A DNA stretch of 64,000 bases, taken from the NCBI GenBank assembly GCA_905331295.1, contig CAJNYD010000360.1, positions 1 to 64,000 on the forward strand, given 5' to 3'. Source of the DNA: Rotaria socialis. Lineage: Eukaryota. Below, piece after piece: positions 38,494-52,174 of the stretch. The notes beneath the pieces were generated by a model that was not told the DNA's origin, did no database searches, and worked only from the letters and a program-made list of their open reading frames with translations. Numbering within the stretch: the stretch's first letter is position 1; every line of letters starts with the position of its first letter. A program made the position numbers and the translations under genes.

Positions 38494-41108
38494 TTATAAT
38501 GAAGCTGACTTATTATGGCTGAAAAACTCGAGTGATTTTAAAGTTCGTTTTATTTTTTTAGGTTCATTATCAGAGAAAGATTTTCTAATAGGTATTTCAT
38601 GCAGTCGACCATTCTGTGAAGGTCTATAGGATGGTATGGCTTCATAAGTAATAGCTTCATTCAAATATTTTTGTTGTCGTTTTGTTGTTGTTAATTTTGA
38701 AAATGACACTGTAGGTTGATGTGGTGCAAATTTTTGAATAAAGCAAAATGTTTGCTGAAATGTGTCACGAAATGCTTTTGACATAAGACAGTAAAGAATA
38801 AAATTAACCGAATTATTTATTAGAGCTAATATATCAAATGTATCACCTAAAAAACGAAAGAAAAAAAAGCAAACATCTTCATGTGAATAAAACAAAAATG
38901 TATTTCTACCGAGGTGTTGATAAATTTGAAAATAATAATTTGACTTATGTTTTGATAGAAACGTTAAAAATAATATTGCACCTTGTGGCAATTCGGTAAC
39001 AAGAAATAGAGCACAAACAATAACTAGCATTAGCGTTGTACGGCGATTTTCTTTCTCGCGTTTTCGACCATGTAAACGTCCTTTACGCTTTTCTTTACTA
39101 ATATTTGCTGTTGAAGTTCTATGTACATGTTGCGATTGTTTTAATGCACTACGCAATTGTTGTACTAATAGAAAACTGAATAGAAGTAGTAGCATACACG
39201 GAATTAATTTAAATATGACGCCATGTAATACGAATACTTTATCGCGTAACGCTAATGATTTACTAAATGCTGTTTGGTCAAAACGATAAATGATGATTTT
39301 ATCGGATTTATTTGATGCTATCTGTGTATTATTAACATAGTAATGAACGATTTGATGTTCCAAATAAGATGGAACACAGAGAATAGTTGATAATAGAACA
39401 ACTACGGCGACCCCAATTAAGGCACGATCAGGTGACGATACATAAGCTGTTAGAGCTTTACAATTTAGAAATACATAACGAAAAGCAGCAAGATACACGG
39501 TTAACCTAAATAGAAAAATAATAAATGAATCTATTTGCTTATTATGTTACAACTAATCAAGTGTTGGAACCTAAGAAATACATGCACCCGCAAGATACGC
39601 CTTTGCACAACATAAATGCGGGTGTTTAAAAGAGTCAACTATTGTTCTATTTTCAAATTAAGTAATGTTTTATTGCTAAAAAAACGCCCAAAGGCACGCC
39701 ATCAATATTGCTAAACGTATTAGTAACTTCTTCGACAATGGAGCATATGTATTCGTGCTATCTGTACATAAGGAACTAATGGATTTAATTCTCATTTGAG
39801 AAAAAGCAGACGCTACATAGCAGATAGAATCCCTAGTATTGATTAGAAAGTTTATTGTTTATTGTAGATCAAGTTAATTTCTTACGTGACATAAATAATC
39901 AAATATAGCACAGGAAACTAAAATCGCTTGCTTGAAAGCACGCACATAATACCATAGCAAAAATTTGCATGTTGATAAAGATTTATTTGTGTAAAAGTTT
40001 CCGTAAATATCACCTTAGTAAAAATGTGGTCATAATATTAATGCACTTAGAAACAACTTTGATCTTCACATGTTACTCAAATATTTGTCGGAAATTCGCA
40101 CGAGTATTTTATTTGATTTATTATTCTTTTTTAAATGATACGCAATATAGATGCACAAAGAAAGCTGTATTTTCAACGTAAAAGAGATTTTCATGAAACT
40201 TTTCACCAGAAATAGACTCATTTGTTCGATCATTTGCGTTTGACTAGGTATCATTATGAATGAAAAGTAATTTGGATGTAAAAGCTTTTCATTATAATTT
40301 TGCACGATTAAATGAAAAAGAATATATACGAAGGATTTCCTTGTTTTATTATGTTTGCTCAAATTAATTTGATGAAAATATGTAGGACCGACAAACGCGT
40401 AACTATCTCGTGCTGTATTTTGTTCCTTTCAAATAGTATTTTTTCTAAAAACAGAATATCTACAGATTGTACCTAATTCTTTAAGTCTACAAGTCATAAC
40501 TCCATCATTTGGAAAGATTTAATTGGTGGACTTGTTGAAAAACTTCAAAGTTAATTCTATATTTATATTTTCTGAAAAATATATATTCTAGATAATTGAT
40601 GTGCTTGTGAATCTTACCATGTACTAATACAATGTAAGGTTAATGTAAATAACATTTGTATCATGTAAAATTTAACTTGAACATAAGATGTTGGATCGGG
40701 TTCACTTTTCATGTCATCCTTTGGTAAACAATAGAAAAGAATAACTGCTGGTAAAACAAATAACATTTTAAGTAGATCCGATAGAGCTAATGACGTTAAA
40801 ATAGTATTCGTTGAAGACCGCATTAACGGACGAGTTAAAACAATAATATTAAATAAATTACATGTCAAACCAAATATGCATACAGCACTCGATATAAAGC
40901 CATGATAATTTCGATATAGCAGTCTATAGCGAATAAGTGAATTCGTATGAAAAACATCATCAGTTTGAGGACTATCATTCATGTTTGATGATGCAAGCAT
41001 TTCCGATATATTATATATCATTCTATGAATAGCAGTTGAAGTTGAATCTATATTTGATTGATTTTCTGATATTAATGATAACGGAGTTGGCGATGAACTA
41101 GGCGACAT
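38494..41108 (-). CDS. Neuropeptide GPCR, myosuppressin/DMSR-like (FMRFamide/sex-peptide receptor group); exons ~41108-40618, 39505 to ~38911, ~38847-38494
   Basis: HGFISSAVCIFGLTCNLFNIIVLTR..M.SSTNTIL..LALSD, STWLTVYLAAFRY, IFKLIPC, RTTLML, TELPQG, DILALINNSVNFILYCLMS. Confidence 0.88.
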
Positions 41109-42843
41109 GACGATCAAAATTGAATCAATCAATAGCGCTAAAATACATATACATATTTAGGATAATAGTTTTCATCTATCTATTCGTGAACGAAGAAAAG
41201 GTATCTACATATAACTGTGTATATATATATATATATATATAGATGGTTGCATTTCTGAGAAAGGGCATAATACAATCGCGGTTCAATTATAGTGTAGAAA
41301 CTGTTAATCAGTTTTTTTTTCTCTGATACATTCTTTTGCTTTATCTTTCTCTTGCCGTGCTACTACTATTTTCCCATGGCGCAACATAACTTTGATCGAC
41401 AGAAGTAATGTGAAGTAGAGCATTATTAGCATACAACGGGAGAAAGTTTTTCTGGTTATGTGTCCCTCTCATACATTGTTTATAGTAGACTTAACATTCT
41501 TTGACAGATCACATTTATAAGCTACTATAAACAACCTCGGTAATATAATCACTTTTTATGCAGAAAGGAAGAAGTTGTTCTATATATGATAGGAAAATAA
41601 TTAAAAAAACATAGATCCGTGTAATTTTCTTCAATTGTCAATTTAGGAACTAAGCCAAATGAATGCAGTCATAGCCGATTGTAATAAAACAATATATTAG
41701 TGTAGGATCATGAATCTATCATTGATAATGACAAGTTTCACTGAACAGGAAAAAACAAAAACCAGCAATAAGTCATGTAAAATGATTAGTGACGAGACAT
41801 CGTCGTAAATGCTATCGACAAAATATACTCGTTCTTAGAAAGCAAAATCAACTTTACTCTCCTTTATTTAACATATATGCTTTCATTGTAATTAAACTGT
41901 AAAGCACTATAAAGAATGTGAGCAAGGTCAAAATGAGAGCACTGCAAACTTATATTCATATATTAGTAGTATATTATCATGTTTGTAATCGTCCATGAGA
42001 AGAATATGTAAGCTTCTTGGCAAAATAAGGCACATTCTTAGCATAAATCGCTGACACCCACAAAGTTTCGATAGTTTATAAATGAATACTCACGTGGAAG
42101 AAACGCATCCTCCATCAATCAAATTATTAATTTCAATGCATCAAAAAGACACTAAATTATTATTTATGATGTTGACGAATAGCCAAACAGCAGCACTTGA
42201 AAACTAAATACATTTGTTCATCGACTCGTTATTGCTGAACCAAAAATGAGAACACTCGGGAAATAAACATACTGTTGACAATGATGTCAAGAGAGCTAGT
42301 CTATTTAAAAGCAAAGTGTCACGCTTTTTCTCTTTATTTTCCGTCCATTCTCATGGAGAAAAAAGAAGATAAACGCGGAGAAAGTCTGTTGTGTAGTACA
42401 ATGATATGGAGATAGTAGTCATTACTTGAAGACAAAAGAAAAGAAGAAATAATAATACATTAATTTTTCTAAATTGAAATTACCAATCAATCGAACCAAT
42501 TAAGAAGCAATTGAATTGATTAAAAAAAAATATATATATCGCACAGTAGAATGACACAGAGACCAAATATAAAAGCTAAGATTTTCTTTTATACATAATG
42601 ATACATTCATAGAATTAAATGAGCCGCATTGTCGCATCGACGCATTTAAGAGACAAACAAAAGATTTCTCAGTCTACGGGTTTTCATTTCTACTGTCGGG
42701 AAGCTCCTCTTTTTCTTAGGCTTCTTTTTCCCTCCGATTGAGAATATATTCATGTCCTACTGATAAACACTGGATGATATGGTGCACAAAAGAAAACTTC
42801 ACTCTGCCATTCAACATATGCAAATCGAACAGAAGATGACTAT

Positions 42844-42969
42844 GGCCCCATTCACACTGAAAAAAATTAAAAAAATTAAGCAACGCGATTGGTTAATTCA
42901 CACTTAAGTCATCTTTTTGAGACGACTTAGCGGTTGATTCTGTTTTATCTTTTTGGTGTGAATGGGGCC
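42844..42969. mobile_element. 126-bp MITE with PIF/Harbinger-like ends
   Basis: Perfect 14-bp TIR GGCCCCATTCACAC / GTGTGAATGGGGCC; no clean TSD. Confidence 0.7.
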
Positions 42970-45900
42970 TGTGAAGCATGGTTAAATAAACAAGAAAAAA
43001 ATGCATTAGCAATACTAAACAAAACAGTTGCTCTTCTTTTGATCTATATAATTCCAAAGCTAACTAATCTACTTGAGCGAAGGACAAAAATACTTTTTTG
43101 TTATCATTAGTTTAAACTAATTCTTTTTACTTATTTCGCACAAGCAATTCTGATCGTCTGAATTGAATGATCTCAGTGAGATCATCTCACTATAAATAAA
43201 TACTATATTTTCAAGACTTCAGGCAGCTATGAACTGAAGAGATTCTTCAATCTAAGTCGGAAATTTCAATGTGACATTAAAATATTTATTTTATGCTTCT
43301 TACTTTTTCAAGAACAATAAAAACAAAAGTGAATTCATTTTCATAATATTATGTTTCAAAGTAATTCCTCAGTAAATGCAATCTATTGTGCAGCTCAACT
43401 GTTGCAAACAATCATAAATTTTGAATTATCTGATCTCCTTTTATATACATTTATTTTTGACCAGCGGCGTAAATAGGGGAGTGGGCGCGACGCCCCCGCT
43501 GCTTTTGAAACTTCGCACGGTGCGCCCTGCTTCAAAACATTTTTCTAAGAATCGTAAAAATATAACCAAAATCTGTATTGCGCTCGCCCTTCTGCTTTTG
43601 ACATTATCTTGATCGTAGAAGTGACAACAATTGCTTTCAGTATAATTGCAACGAAGAAAATAACCGTGAGTAATAAGAGATTATTTAAATTAATGGAAAA
43701 TATTTGCTGCTTTCAAATTTATAGTAATGTTTTTCAAAAATTACGCTTTTGCATACTATGTGTACGTATCGGAAGTTAAGCTGCTATAAAGTTTCTTATG
43801 TTGTACGGTTCTCCTGTGAAAAGGTTTTTCTTCGTGACTCTCATATTTCAAAACAGTACGATTATACTGTTTTATTGATGTAATTTCACCATCAACTATT
43901 CTAGGTGTTTGCGTATGCATGATTAATTAGAGCATACTTAAGTTAAAATGCAAAAACGCTATGATTTTTTGTATATATAAATACAATAAACATTTGATTA
44001 GGATTTGCAATCTTTTTCAGTATCAAAATAATTCATGCGATGTGTAAATTTTTCATACTTAAATGCTTCTAATTTATTTGTTCCTGGCTGCGTTCAATTG
44101 CTTTTTTTTCTCTATACTAATATAAATAGAACTTACTGGTTCAAAAATAGTATAGATTTATGCATTAAAATTTAATAACAAATAAATAATATGAATGCTG
44201 TATGTACTGCATAGATAAGATGTCTTCAAATGTGTAGGAAATCAATAAATCGGTACGATGTAAAAACCTCTAGAACATAGAACGAAAGAGAAAACATAAA
44301 ATTCTGTTGAGAAAAAGGCCACAATTACTTTGTCTCACTACTAAATTTTAATAAAACATTGTTTCATCAATTCATATAGAGAAAAAGGAAATAATAATAT
44401 GCGATTAAGAATATATTTAGAACTTCGATCAGAAGCCTTTACTTACTTTATAGATATTCCACAATAACAATTTATATTAAAAAAAAAAAAAGATCATAAA
44501 ATTTTATAATTTATTAGCATGTGAGCAATATTGTTATTTTTTTATATTAATGACCTAGTACTTCGTGTCAAATTCAACCAGATCTATCATTATTAACTAT
44601 GCTTCTTTCAGTATCAATAACGTTAGCAAAATATTGATTAACTGATTTTGACAAGTCCACTCTTTTTTTTTGTATATTTACACTATTTCCTTATTTTTCT
44701 CGTTCTTTCTGTTTCTCCTACAATTTTTGCCTATCGTCACCTGTCTTCCAAAGTTCCTGACTTCATTTCTCTTTCTCTTCTCTTTTGCTAGTTTAAAAAA
44801 AGACAAAATATATTTTCCACAAGTTTCTCCTGCTTATCAATCATATAGTGAAACGGATATTTTTCACTTACAATTGTACCTCGTCATTCTTTATAAGAAA
44901 AAAATCTTTTGACTGAAAATAGTAATAATAAAAAACAAATAAACGAAGATTTATTGAATTAATCGCAAAAAGTTGAAAGAACTAAGATAGTTCAAATCAA
45001 ATAAATTCCTCTCCGTTCGGATGTGAAAATTAATTTATGCGGACTAAAATTAGTAACATATACACATCGTCTAGCATTGCATCAGCGATACAAACTAAGA
45101 ATACGATGATTGTTCATTCAACTACAAATAAGCAAACATCAATTACTATGTATTAGTATTAAACGCTATGATTTTTGTAGCTTCTCATTCGTGCATATTG
45201 TTCTGATTTTCTTGAAAATACCAACACCCACCAGCGAGAGAGAGAAAGAGAGAGAGAGAAGCTAAATAGAACGTGCCATTTCTCATTCTTTACAATTCTT
45301 CTATGCCTATTTTTATTTTACTCGATTTTAAAAATCTACTTGCTTAATCCCTAATTCCATATACTCGATGTTTAGTAATTGTTGCTTGAAATTATGCAAT
45401 GAAGCGATTCTGTACTGTAAAGATTATAAAATAACACACACACTAGATAAGTCAAATGGTACAATGTTGATTACATAAAATTGCTTGCACTAATATGAGC
45501 TTCTGTTTATTTTTCTGGTCAAAGAAAATCCAATTTAATACTTTTTAGGACATTGATTTCTTTGTTGCATGTTCTATGATTTTTATAAGGAAATGCCTAA
45601 AAAATGTAGTAGGTAGAAAGAGGCTTTGGCCTTATGCTTAAGAGAAAGAAAAGAGGGAGATTGCTCGAGGACACAGCTCAAATAAATACCATACTACAAA
45701 AAAAGAGATTACTAGGATACAAGGAATTTTTGTTTATGAAAGAAAAACAGAACCTAACACAGGAAAACACGTGTTTAGAATATTTACATGTTTGTTGATT
45801 TTATTCTAGACATTTAACAACTATAATATATTAGTGACGTGAAATATCTCTTTATTCAAGTTCCGGTTTAATATAGACCTCAGAATAATAACTTTTTTTT

Positions 45901-47117
45901 TAATATAAAATTATTTTTTGGAGTATTTCTGAATATCATCAATGGATTAAAGTGGATCGACTCTCATGCTTGACATATACAGTCGAGATTAAGTGAGAAC
46001 AAACTGATTTCCATGATTTCTTTGATCTCTTATGATTTCCAGTGATTTCTATGCCTGAAAATCAGTGTGTTCCGCCTTGGTCTACATAGTTGTAAAAGTA
46101 AATCTATTTTCTTGTCATTTAATTCCGACTTCATTTTTAGTTTTCTAAATTTAAATAAAGTTGCTGAATTTCATAAAGAATAGAAAGTGCACACTTCCAC
46201 TAAGAACAATCAAAATAAGTTACTACATATTGAACTAAAGAGCAAAAAAGAATACTTTCAGCCAGCAACACTTGCATTCTGTTTGATTTCTTACACATAA
46301 GCGATGTGACTTGAAGTCAAATTATTGCTCGAGTTTTGGCTGTTTCTTTTTAGGAGATATAAATTATTTCTTATATTCACATGAACGTCTACGATTCACC
46401 AAGTCATGCAAATGTCAAAATGATGAGAGTTAAAATAGATTGTGGTACGGTTGGATGAGTATAGAAACGATAAATTATAACTCAATTAAAAGATTAATCT
46501 AATTATGAACACTATTTTAAGCGTGCTATGAGACGATTAGAATTATTTCATATTTCAAGACCGAATTCACGAATATCTAGTCTTATTAAGTTTGCAAGAA
46601 AATATCCGCAAAAAACTTATTCCATAAATATTGATAATTACATATGTTTACGTTTAATAAACTTTGAAAGAATATATAGTCAGCATAATCAAATTATCAA
46701 TACCTGTTTTTCTTGTGAAATAAGATATAAAAAGAGCGTTGAGTTATAAGAGTAAATATTTGATTCGAACGGCAGACCATCAAATATTGTATGCTAATTA
46801 AATCTCATCATCATCATATATAAACCGCTTTGCTCTGACAATTTCGAAGAATTAAATAACAGAACGATGAGAGAAATAAAGGCTATTTCAAAATAAATTG
46901 AATGAAATCATCATCTCGTTATGATTGTCAAGAGCTGCTGCATTAGGTTTTGCATTTTGAATTCCACATGGATTGCGCTAATAAGTTTCCTGTAAAAACA
47001 AATTCGGCGTATTTCCTGTTTGTTAGCTTAATAATTAAATTAGCTTGTTTATTTTCGACATTTTAAATTATGATCCTGCTATTAGAAACAATTGAAATAA
47101 AGAAAAACAAAAAAACT

Positions 47118-49853
47118 TTAACTGGCTTTACTATGCCGATAACTGTAAAAACAATATATAAAAAGAGACAGAAAAATAATACAAGCATACGCAAACCAAT
47201 CATGAGCATCTTGAAAGACCATAAGAACAATAAAAATGTTTATATTAATCAGTGGTACTATGGGAATCCCTGGACATGTAAATAGAAGTTTTCCTATTTG
47301 CTTCTTAGGATGCAATAAACAAAAAACAAATATTATCATTACATTAACCAATAGACATATTACGATAATTACTATATGTAATAAACGATTTCGATTCAAT
47401 ATGTGAATAGTCATAATAGATAAAACACTTGTACTCAGAATAAATATGAGAAGCAATACAATTGCAGTGCGTTTTGGAGACAAATACGAATCTATTAATG
47501 GAATGCATGGCCCGCAAAGTGAACGAGTTACTCGAGTTAAAAATGGATCTTGTTCTACTATGTCATTTAATTCAATATCTTCATTGTCATCTTTATCGTT
47601 ATTCAATTCATGCATTTGTTCTTCTTCGACATTTTCTTCTTGAGTTAATAGGATTCTGTAGGGCATATGATGATCATATCGTTCAATGAGTAAACCCATG
47701 GACACACCAGTATAACTGAGAAGAGCAGAAATATCAGCAAAACCAATCAAATCCTTTAACATAGACAAAAAAAACAAATTCATCTAATATTATTGAGTTG
47801 ATTTTAATTTCTCGTACTTTGATATCAAAAAATGTCGCAAGAAGTGCAATAATGAAACAAGCTGAACATGTTGCAATAACTGGAACATGTCGCCCTTCAT
47901 TCACATAACTTAATTTTGATGGCAATAATCCATCTGTCGACATGGCATAACTGTAAATGAAAATTTAATTAGGAAGTCAAGAGGTCACGCCAACACTAGT
48001 GGAATGAAAACTTTTCGTTGACGTCAAAATAAAGTCTAATTTTGCATTATATAGTGCATACTGATTAGTTTTCTCGGGTAGATAGAATACTTTTACTCTA
48101 GCAGCGCGCATGCACGGATGTCATCTGCGACATGAAGGCTTTCATATTTGAAGGTACTCGTGTTTATCAACTAGAGAGTATGCAGAACTTTTTGTGTAAC
48201 ATAAAATAGCTGAACTGCATAAAATATGCATTTTATACGAATCGAATTGAATTCGAAGCGTAAAAACTACTATTACAATTAACATACGACAAATGATCTG
48301 TTCTTTGCCAAACGGGATTTTATCCCAGGCGAATTGTGGAAACTCATTTGATTCTGAAAATCTATCAAAGATCCTAACAGTTTTTATTAATCAAAATAAT
48401 AAGACAAGCTCATACACAATTCCTCCCCTTATCATCATCTACTATTAGCCTCAGATAATTCTCTTAACTGAATAATGACGGATTTTGACATATAAATAAT
48501 AACTGACTGATGCAACTTGACTAAAAGCGGCGTTATTTATTTAAGGTTATCGCATGAGTCTGAGCCACGATTATCTTGACAGAAGTCAGTATCAGTTTAT
48601 TACAGTTTGTTGCAAACAACAAAAACATGTCGCGTCAATAGAAATTCCCTGGTAATATTCTGGATAGAACAGTATTATTTAAGTTAATTAGATTTTAATC
48701 TAACTTGAAATGTTTTGGCTCTTCATACGAAAAATACTCCTTACATAATACGAATGCATCCGTAGGTACCCGACAACAGATTTCCACCAGCACTAAATAC
48801 AATAGCTATTGAAATAATATAGCTCGCCCATGGCCATTTAGATAAGCTATACGCATGCGCAAATGATGATTCACTGTTAATATCTTTATATGGAATAAGA
48901 TATGTTAATGATGCTCCAGCTAATGAATAGAGTGATGTAACAATAAGAAGTGATATCACAGTCGCTTGTGGAACTATTTTGGATGGATTTTTTGCTTCTT
49001 CAATAGCTATAGTTGCCATTTCAAAGCCAATATATGAATAAAGTAATAGAGAACTACCACGAAAAATACTCGATACTCCATAGGGAATAAATGGTTGATA
49101 ATTATGTGCATTGCCAAGAACGAATCCAGTGACACCAATAAAAAACAGAGCAGACATATTAACAACAGTTAAACTATTTGTTAAATATTTTGAATTTTTT
49201 AAACCAGCAAGCATAGCGAAGATAACAATCATAGTTATGCCAAAAGCTAATAGATCAGGATATTTAGAAAATGGCGCTTGAGCATCAGGCCAATGAATTA
49301 TATGCTCAGTAATAAAAGAATGAATGGTGTTATTAAATAATGCATCAAAATATGCCGACCATACTCGAGCACTAACACCTAAACTTGTCAATCCTCCAAC
49401 GATCGATGTAAATCCCTTATAAACATAATAACTCAGTTGTTGAAATCTTTCTTAGAGTACATTTAAAAAAAATGAAGTTTACCACAAGAAATGCAACTAT
49501 TTCACCAATTGATTCATAAATAAATATATACGATGAGCCAGCTCGTGGAATCCGAGCAGCAAATTCAGCATAACAAAGAGCACCTATGAAAAACAATTAG
49601 CAAAGCATTCACTTTTATATCAGTATTTCAGTTTACCAAGTAGACAAGCACAACCGGCTAATAGATTAGAAATAATAATGGCAGGCCCAGTCAGATCTTT
49701 GGCAACAACTCCAGTCAAAACATAAATACCCGAACCAATCATTCCACTTACCGACAGAAGTATCAGATCGAATAGATTTAAGCATCGTAAAAGTGGAGTC
49801 TTTAAATCATTTGCAAAAGCATTTTTTTTACGAAATAAATTTTGAAAAAGCAT
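47118..49853 (-). CDS. Cationic amino acid transporter (SLC7A1-4/14 family, APC superfamily), multi-exon; 3' end uncertain
   Basis: [65 protein letters not shown]-terminal [15 protein letters not shown]. Confidence 0.92.
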
Positions 49854-49978
49854 TTTTATAGTTATCTAAAATACGCTTGAATTAGCTGTTTTAGTACATG
49901 GAACAATGATTCAAAATCGATTTGTACGCTTTTATGCTGTTAATAGAAGGCAATAGTTAATAAATCATATTAGCAAGT

Positions 49979-50300
49979 AACCCCCCCCCTCNGGGGTGGC
50001 ACTTTACGTTAATTTAATATTAAGTGTTAAGTAAAACCACTTAATTAACTCTCTTAATTAACTCAAATTAAAATCAACGGTCCATCTCTAATTAAGACCC
50101 GCATTTTTTCCTAATATTTAATTTAAAATATTTTCCAGAAAACTAAGGCGATTTTCAGAGTTTTAAAGGTGTCATTATAATGGTGAACACATTCTCTTAA
50201 TATTTCCAGCTTAAAATGCTAGAAATCATGCATATTTTGATGGAAAAAACACTAATTAAAGTTCGTGATTAGCAAAAAATTAATTAATTAAGGGGGGGGG
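49979..50300. mobile_element. Element with poly-C/poly-G inverted ends containing the 87-bp mini-element; followed by an N gap at 50301-50368
   Basis: AACCCCCCCCCT ... TTAATTAAGGGGGGGGG; insert at ~49993-50090; assembly is uncertain here (single N at 49992). Confidence 0.5.
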
Positions 50301-51101
50301 NNNNNNNNNNNNNNNNNNNNNNNNNNNNNNNNNNNNNNNNNNNNNNNNNNNNNNNNNNNNNNNNNNNNGGTATCTATAACTGGAGGGAATTTAGTAAGCA
50401 TTGCATACAATGCCATTGCATAACCAATGGCGTATTCTATTTCAATGTATATCAGTAAGGTTTTTAGTAATTACAACTTTGTTAAAGAAAAACAACAGGA
50501 TTAACGACTCACTACAAGGAATATTTGATCTCACCCAAAGAAAGCTTCCACAAATCTCGAATTACATCATTGCTTATTCCAATCATGATTTAGATATCGA
50601 CAGAGAAAAAACCTCGTTGAATAATAATATTGTTAGCCATTATATCTACCTTGAAATAAGTATACTTTCGTCAATATTTACTTGTCTATAAAAACAAATA
50701 AATATCGATAACAGAAAAGATTTTTTGCAATGCTCTCCAGTTCTCTTTTTGAGATTGATTAATATAAATATCAAACTTTACATGAACAGGACAAAAATCC
50801 CAAATACCCAATTTTATAAAATTACGGTAAAACAAAACATCACAATAGAAAACGACAACAGCAAATACTGATGGATGAACCGAGGAAAACGAAAAGATTC
50901 CACGGCAGTTATTGGAATATGAATTGATTTAAACTCGTAGATCAAAAGACAATATTGAAAGCTCTGTGCAGTAAAACTGTCAAGCTAAGTGCAACGATTT
51001 TCAATACAGTTAGGAAAAAAATCAATAAAAAAGAAATGAAAGGATTTGTTTGACACACGCAAACATTCATCACAGAAACAGAAACTCGCACTGTTATAAA
51101 A

Positions 51102-52174
51102 TTATATTTTTGATGTAAATTTTTGCTGCTCAAATTCAATTTGACTATCACTATCACCACCACCATCATCATCATTATTCACATGAATACTCGTATTTCC
51201 GTTATTTGTTTTGTATGGTTTTAATTGATGATTATTTGAATTTTCACGTCCTTCTTCATGAACTATTTCATCATCATCATCATTATTGTTAATCATACTA
51301 TACTCTGAAAGGCTTCCATAGCGTCGTTTTAACAACTTCCATACGAACAACGATTGCAATAGAAGAAATACGATTGACAATATACCAAGCCAGATAAACA
51401 TAACCGTTATGATTAATATATTTCCATGACTTGCTGACCATATCCAATAGGGATCATCCGATGGAAAATAAAGAATAAAACCAGCTGCATAAAACCTTAA
51501 GAAAAATAACACGATTATTTGCCACTAAAAAAATCTTCATGTTTCTACTATTACCAAGCTCCTTGTAAGAGGGTTGCAATAATTCTACAATAGGTAGCTA
51601 AAATTTGATTGGGTCGATTAAATTCCCAAATACCAGCCAAAATACAAAAGCCAATATTATACACGAGTAATGTATGAACATGAATATCAATTTCATTTCT
51701 ACCATGAAGATGAAAATGAAATAAAAATCCTTCAACACCAAATGCGAAAATATTAGCTAAAAATTCGATTCCTTTGGGTAAATTGTATTTTGCATTAACA
51801 AGAATTTCAATAAATGAAGCTAAACCAAACGAAAAAAACATTGCTATATGTTGAGCATTGACTTGCTCGAATGTCCAAATCTTTCGTTTCAATGTATCAT
51901 CATATGGATGTTTTAAGCCAGTAACAGATTCACCTAATATACCAATAATGATACAAATTAATTTTATATAAGATTCAAGAGGAATTTCTCGTAATGATGA
52001 TGATGGACAACATAAACAGGAAAATGTTGTTGATGAACGATATGAATTTGGCTTTCGAGTTTTATTTCTTGAATGGCGTGAATGGAAATGTTTTACGGCG
52101 ACACAAAATCCCCACCATATAGCAAATATAGCAAAGAATGTACCAGGTAGAATATGGCCCATTAATGTACCCAT
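51102..52174 (-). CDS. TMEM45: TMEM45 (DUF716) family membrane protein, two exons
   Basis: MGTLMGHILPGTFF, QHIAMFFSF, VEGFLFHFHLHGR, HVHTLL, LLQGAW|FY; one ~58-nt intron near 51497-51554. Confidence 0.9.

Noticed and set aside
43462..43755. CAGCGGCGTA...GC-rich hAT-like element end
   Set aside because: No convincing partner TIR or TSD.
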